From Candidatus Parcubacteria bacterium (GTDB lineage: Bacteria; Patescibacteriota; Minisyncoccia; Minisyncoccales; JAGLUP01), in the NCBI GenBank assembly GCA_023134715.1, contig JAGLUP010000005.1:8782-72781 (forward strand): 64,000 bases of DNA. Direction: 5' to 3'. Position numbers and translations under genes: made by a program. Shown piece after piece: positions 59,559 through 64,000 of this stretch (within the stretch, counting starts at the first letter, position 1; the number at the start of each line of letters is the position of its first letter). The notes beneath the pieces were generated by a model, which was not told the DNA's origin, ran no database searches, and worked only from the letters and a program-made list of their open reading frames with translations.

Positions 59559-60578
59559 CTATTGAGCAAACGGATTGCGAGCCCCCCGAACCTCAAAATG
59601 AAGATGGCATCCCAAAGATCCAGAAGGAATAGTATAACCGCTATGCCCCATATAGCCAATAATTTCTCCTTGAGAAACTTCTTGCCCAGACGCAGTAATT
59701 ATCTTTGAGAGATGACCATAAAAAGTAACCACTTCATTCGGATGAATAATTCTTATATAACTGCCAGCTATTCTATGATAACCTGTTTTTTGAACTACAC
59801 CGCTCGCAGCCGCTAAAATTGGTTCGCCGCAGCTCACTCCTTCATGACTAAAATCAATTGCGTTATAAAGGTGCAGTCCTTGAGTAATTCGGCAGGGAGG
59901 AAGAATGGGACAAATAAAATAACTTGAAGCAATCGGCGTGGTATATGCCGCGCTATAAACAATTTTTGGTTTTACGCCATTAGGAATAACTAAAACATCG
60001 CCGATAAAAATCTCTGCTCCAGACAAATTGTTAGCAGTAATAACCTCGCTGACGTCTCCCTTATAGTCTTGGACAACCTGACTTAGGGTGTCGCCTGATT
60101 TCACTAAATGCATTATTCCGGAAACCGGCAAAATAAGCAATTTTTGCCCGGGCTTAATTACAGAATTTTTACTCAAATTATTTGCCCAAAGCAATGTCTC
60201 AAGAGTAATTTCAAACTTAGAAGTAATGGTAGAAAGAGTGTCTCCCTGCTCAATAATATATTCAACAATTTCTTCTCTCTCTAAAAAAGAATCATCCATG
60301 CCCAAACCGGCCAAAACCTTAGAAGAAACAAGTGTATAGGGAGCAGCCCCGAGCAAACTGTTGCTCTGGGCTAAACATAAATCAGAAAACCCTTGAGCCG
60401 CTGGAAAAGATGATTGCTGAACTCCAATCGCCCAATAAGAACTGCTTACTTCTTTGCCAACAAAAACAGGGCTTTCCTGCCCGCCTCGCCAAACGGCGGG
60501 TTTGTCAGAAACCCCGCAAATTAAAACAATTAATCCTATTAAAAAAACAAGTTTTTTAATTCTACTCATATACCCCAT
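59559..60578 (-). CDS. Secreted LysM x2 + M23 family metallopeptidase (peptidoglycan hydrolase)
   Basis: The two LysM domains are YIIEQGDTLSTITSKF...PGQKLLILP and HLVKSGDTLSQVV...GDVLVIP. The M23 motifs are HLYNAIDF and GHSGYT...HLHFEVR. Confidence 0.85.
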   Translation of the reverse strand: MGYMSRIKKLVFLIGLIVLICGVSDKPAVWRGGQESPVFVGKEVSSSYWAIGVQQSSFPAAQGFSDLCLAQSNSLLGAAPYTLVSSKVLAGLGMDDSFLEREEIVEYIIEQGDTLSTITSKFEITLETLLWANNLSKNSVIKPGQKLLILPVSGIMHLVKSGDTLSQVVQDYKGDVSEVITANNLSGAEIFIGDVLVIPNGVKPKIVYSAAYTTPIASSYFICPILPPCRITQGLHLYNAIDFSHEGVSCGEPILAAASGVVQKTGYHRIAGSYIRIIHPNEVVTFYGHLSKIITASGQEVSQGEIIGYMGHSGYTIPSGSLGCHLHFEVRGARNPFAQ

Positions 60579-60677
60579 TAGGTAATATTAAATTCTTGTT
60601 TTAATCTTATCCTGTCCTGATTAAAAGTCAAGCCCTTTTCTCCACAACCCTCTACCATTTATTATTTATTATTATTT

Positions 60678-60686
60678 TGTTATAAT
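60678..60686 (+). promoter_or_regulatory. Candidate extended -10 promoter (TGtTATAAT) 7 nt upstream of the ATG at 60694
   Basis: tgttataat is followed by tacttta and then ATG. This is a pattern match only, and it would imply a leaderless or near-leaderless mRNA. Confidence 0.3.
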
Positions 60687-60693
60687 TACTTTA

Positions 60694-62574
60694 ATGAACC
60701 GTTCCTCTCAAAAAATTTTAATAACCCTTTTAACTCTATCATTTATAGGAATAGGGTTAATCCTGCCAATCCACTCTGCTCACGCTTTTCTTTCAGAACT
60801 TATCGCGGGTGCATTTCTCTCAATTTCTCTTTTGATATTGGGAATGGTTTCTGAAATAATTCTGACGCTATCCGGCATATTGCTCCAATGGGTAATCAGT
60901 CCTGGCTTTATTGATCTTTCTTACGTCAACCCAGCTGGAAATCCAGTTATAGCAATTGGATGGACGCTTATGAGAGACCTTGCAAATATGGGGCTTATTA
61001 TTGTCTTGGCATATATGGGATTAGCTACCTCTTTAAGATTGGGTGGATTTGAAACTAAAAAAATATTAATTCGCTTAATTGAAATTGCTCTTTTAATCAA
61101 TTTTACCCCTGTTATTTGCGGTCTTATTGTTGACGCTTCTAATGTTATAATGAATTTTTTCCTAAGCGAACTGAATGGAGGAAGAACATTAACTGGACAA
61201 TTCTCTGCTTACACCAACATTGTAACAAATGAAATCGGCTCCCTCGGAGCAATGGTAAATCCCCTTAATCATATTCCACTAATTTTAAAACTAATAGTCC
61301 TTGTTTTTTTTAATTTAAAAATTGCTCTTCTTTTTATTCTATACGCTTGGCTTTTTTTAATCAGATATGTGGCTATTTGGTTTTTAGTTATTGTCTCTCC
61401 TTTTGCTTTTTTATGTTATATTTTGCCAACAACAAAAAACATATTTGATCAATGGTGGAAAAATTTCATTCAGTGGTCTATTATAGGAATACCAGCCGCT
61501 TTCTGCTTTTATGTAGGAGAACAAATAATGGCAATGCTCTCTAAAAATGAAATAGGAATTGCCGCTGTGCCACATGGAGGAAAAGTCACTGCTGCAATGG
61601 CTGGCTGGTTAAGCGAGATTTTGCCATATGGAGTAGTCACAATTTTTCTGCTCCTTGGGCTTGCGGTTGGCATGACCAGCACAGCAGCCGGCGCTAATTG
61701 GGCTATAGCAACAGGAACAAAAGGAATGAAATGGGGAGGCAAATGGTTAGGAAGAACAACCGTAAGGGCTCCAGGCAAAGCATCTGAAACAATTAAAAAA
61801 ACAGCGCAAAGACTAGAGGTAAGCCAGCGACGAGGATTAAAAGGCGTAAAACCAGTCACATGGGCAAATGATACAAGGGATTGGACAAAAAGGAGACAAC
61901 AAGAAGTTGAAAAAAGAATAGGGACAAAACCAATTATTGGTAAAGATAAAATAGGAAGAAAAGCGGCAGGAGCAGTAGGGGGAGTAATAGGAGGAGCGAT
62001 AAAAGGAGCAAAAACATATATTCCGCCGCGAGAAGATATTCCTATAATAAAAGAAATTTTCCCAACTCAACTTCAAGAAGAAATCAAAATAGAACAATTA
62101 AAGGGCAAGTATAAAAAAGAAGCGGCAAAATCAGTTACTAAAAATATAGACGGTGCTTTGAGGATTATAAGAAAGAAAACATTTACCGATGAACAAAAAG
62201 CTCGCAAAGCCGCCTATATTGACGCCTTGCTTGAGGCATATCCAAATATGGCAAAAGAATTCGGAAAAACTGTTGCTAAAGTATTAGACGAAACAACCCC
62301 TAAAAACTTTGCAAAAAACACCCGCCCTGAAGCGCTAAAAAATGAGGATCTTTTCTGGAAAATAAGTATGTCGCAGCTAAAAGCAATGGCGAAAGACGGA
62401 AGCAAGGAGCAGAAAGACGCTATTGTAAGCATTTTGCCAGCTGTTAAAAAATCTATTGAAGCAATGGAAGACAAGGTTGACAAAAAAACAGGAAAAATTA
62501 TAAAAAAAGGAAGAGACAATGAAAAAGCTGTAGAATTATCAGACAAAGTATTAATGATTAAAGAAGAATTTTAA
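60694..62574 (+). CDS. Polytopic membrane protein, VirB6/TrbL-like, with Lys-rich cytoplasmic C-terminal half
   Basis: 626 aa with a signal-like N-terminus, at least 6 TM helices in residues 1-340, then a hydrophilic region. The assignment rests on architecture and context with the VirB2-like pilins, not on a motif. Confidence 0.45.
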   Translation: MNRSSQKILITLLTLSFIGIGLILPIHSAHAFLSELIAGAFLSISLLILGMVSEIILTLSGILLQWVISPGFIDLSYVNPAGNPVIAIGWTLMRDLANMGLIIVLAYMGLATSLRLGGFETKKILIRLIEIALLINFTPVICGLIVDASNVIMNFFLSELNGGRTLTGQFSAYTNIVTNEIGSLGAMVNPLNHIPLILKLIVLVFFNLKIALLFILYAWLFLIRYVAIWFLVIVSPFAFLCYILPTTKNIFDQWWKNFIQWSIIGIPAAFCFYVGEQIMAMLSKNEIGIAAVPHGGKVTAAMAGWLSEILPYGVVTIFLLLGLAVGMTSTAAGANWAIATGTKGMKWGGKWLGRTTVRAPGKASETIKKTAQRLEVSQRRGLKGVKPVTWANDTRDWTKRRQQEVEKRIGTKPIIGKDKIGRKAAGAVGGVIGGAIKGAKTYIPPREDIPIIKEIFPTQLQEEIKIEQLKGKYKKEAAKSVTKNIDGALRIIRKKTFTDEQKARKAAYIDALLEAYPNMAKEFGKTVAKVLDETTPKNFAKNTRPEALKNEDLFWKISMSQLKAMAKDGSKEQKDAIVSILPAVKKSIEAMEDKVDKKTGKIIKKGRDNEKAVELSDKVLMIKEEF

Positions 62575-62578
62575 AAAA

Positions 62579-62761
62579 ATGAAAAACTATAATCAAATAA
62601 ATAAGTCTACTATAAAAAAGAGAGAGGAAATGACAGATCAAGAAAAAATTAAAAATGCTTTAAATTTTATTAAACAAATAAAAAAAGTTTCTATAAAAAA
62701 TAAATCAACCAACGAATTGATTCCACAAAAAAAAGATACCTATAGAGAACCTGTCGAATAA
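62579..62761 (+). CDS. Small hydrophilic hypothetical protein
   Basis: 60 aa, starting 5 nt after the VirB6-like stop. It shares an EM[ST]D[RQ]EKIxxAL motif with the tail of the SPFH protein. Confidence 0.4.
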   Translation: MKNYNQINKSTIKKREEMTDQEKIKNALNFIKQIKKVSIKNKSTNELIPQKKDTYREPVE

Positions 62762-62799
62762 TTAATCTAAAAATTTCAAAAAAATAGGAAGGGGAATAT

Positions 62800-63987
62800 T
62801 TATTCCCTTCCTAATGCTGCATCAATTTTTTCTCTGTCAGACATTTCGCTTCTCTTCTTTTTCTCTCCCTTCTTCTCTTCCTTCTCTGGTTTTTCTTTTG
62901 GTTTTCCTGTCGCTCCTTGGGTAGCAGTTATAATTCTTATAATCATTTTTTCCATCTGAGCTAAATAACTATTCCCAGATGAAGGGCTACCGATAGGCGA
63001 ACCACTACTACCTATCTCTGCATCTCCCACTCTAACTTCACGATAAAGACCTGCTTTTATCGCCATTTTTCTTAACGCAAAATTTGTGGATTTGTCCAAA
63101 TACTCTCTTACTAATTTAGGGTCTTTTTTTATCTCTCTTTGTATTTCTTCTTTGGTTCTGCCCTGAACTATCGCCATTGATCTAACAATCATTCCAACTG
63201 TTTCTTCTGCGTCTCCTTCTGCTTCTAACTCCATCTGCTTTTGCTTGGCAAGAGCATCTTGGTACTTCTTACCCATCTCGACATTTCTCAAATCAATACC
63301 ATTTTTAACTATTTCAACTCCCCACTCTTTCTTAAACATAACAATTAGAGGGTCGCCGTGCAAATCTTCCCAAATCTCTTCAGGAGCCGACTTGGCAGAA
63401 ATAAGGTCGTCAAATTCTCTTGTTCCTATCCAAACTTTTAAACGTGCGAAAAGACGAGCTGTAAGTTTTTCGCACCAATTTGGGGGCGCACGGAAAAGCG
63501 TTTTAAAGGGATTTACCACTTTCATAGTTACCAAAAAAAAGGCATTCACTGGAATTCTTTCGTCTGGCTTTGTCTCAACATTTACTAATTCTTTTAAACA
63601 ATATGTAGCTTCTTTGACTAATATATAGGACATATTTTCTTTTTTATGAGAAACTATTTTATCCTTGCCCTCTTCATCAATGTGAAGATCTCTCCACCGA
63701 AAAGTATACTTATACACATTGTCTATAAACCGAATTCCTACAAAACGTAGCCCTCCAAAAATTTTAAAATATTTTGAAATAAAACTCGTAAGGCCTTTGC
63801 TTTCCACTACGTCTCCTTTCGAGTCAATCTCATAACCGCTCCAAGACATAACGCACTTTTTAAATCCGCCCATTCTCATTATTGGCTTTGCCGTTCCTTC
63901 ATCTACCACTGTAAATTTCAAAAAAATAGCACACAGTAATAAAACCACAGCAATTCCTTCTGCTCCAAAAACCAACAATACTATCAA
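62800..63987 (-). CDS. SPFH/band-7 (stomatin/prohibitin-like) domain membrane protein
   Basis: It has an N-terminal TM helix followed by FTVVDEGTAKPIMRMGGF (an SPFH start), a coiled-coil QDALAKQKQMELEAEG, and a Lys/Glu tail. Confidence 0.6.
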   Translation of the reverse strand: MIVLLVFGAEGIAVVLLLCAIFLKFTVVDEGTAKPIMRMGGFKKCVMSWSGYEIDSKGDVVESKGLTSFISKYFKIFGGLRFVGIRFIDNVYKYTFRWRDLHIDEEGKDKIVSHKKENMSYILVKEATYCLKELVNVETKPDERIPVNAFFLVTMKVVNPFKTLFRAPPNWCEKLTARLFARLKVWIGTREFDDLISAKSAPEEIWEDLHGDPLIVMFKKEWGVEIVKNGIDLRNVEMGKKYQDALAKQKQMELEAEGDAEETVGMIVRSMAIVQGRTKEEIQREIKKDPKLVREYLDKSTNFALRKMAIKAGLYREVRVGDAEIGSSGSPIGSPSSGNSYLAQMEKMIIRIITATQGATGKPKEKPEKEEKKGEKKKRSEMSDREKIDAALGRE

Positions 63988-64000
63988 TCCTATTAATAAT

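Noticed and set aside
1-64000. CRISPR arrays, transposases/integrases, prophage genes, rRNA operons and DGR template/variable repeat pairs
   Set aside because: I looked for regularly spaced direct repeats, DDE/tyrosine-recombinase/reverse-transcriptase motifs, and long near-identical repeat pairs with A-specific differences. I found none by eye. The only long repeats are the short hairpin families reported above.

Overview
This is a visibly AT-rich, gene-dense bacterial window with short intergenic regions, many 1-4 nt gene overlaps and the standard genetic code. By eye it looks like a reduced-genome, Patescibacteria/CPR-like organism, but that is my inference from gene content and no search was possible. 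The supporting gene content is housekeeping genes (rplS, rplT-rpmI-infC, smpB, ruvA, rsmI, clpP, tig, ppa, nusA, recG, ftsH, rpsA, gyrA, tsaD, cca, rpsO, pnp) mixed with archaeal/eukaryote-type proteins (Elp3, EndoQ-like PHP nuclease, presenilin/SPP-type protease). It also includes type IV pilus parts (pilB, a 570-aa multidomain pilin) and scattered type-IV-secretion-like parts (three VirB2/TrbC-like pilins and a VirB6/TrbL-like membrane protein). I hand-folded 11 tRNAs and a tmRNA that the ORF track misreads as the N-terminus of infC. I saw no rRNA, CRISPR array, transposase or integrase. The most unusual signals are at the DNA-repeat level. (1) Short GC-rich CCCGCC...GGCGGG palindromic mini-elements sit in-frame inside conserved genes (tsaD, hsp20, gyrA, cca and a coiled-coil gene) and share near-identical 12-15-mers. 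(2) Heptanucleotide tandem repeats occur inside tsaD and at gene ends. (3) A family of GACCCGACC...GGTCGGGTC hairpins includes two 40-nt perfect direct copies that bracket a traR/dksA-like gene. (4) A divergent Elp3 + Dph6-like PP-loop ATPase pair may be an undescribed tRNA wobble-modification module. All functional calls rest on motifs I recognise in the translations. No database search, alignment or folding program was run.
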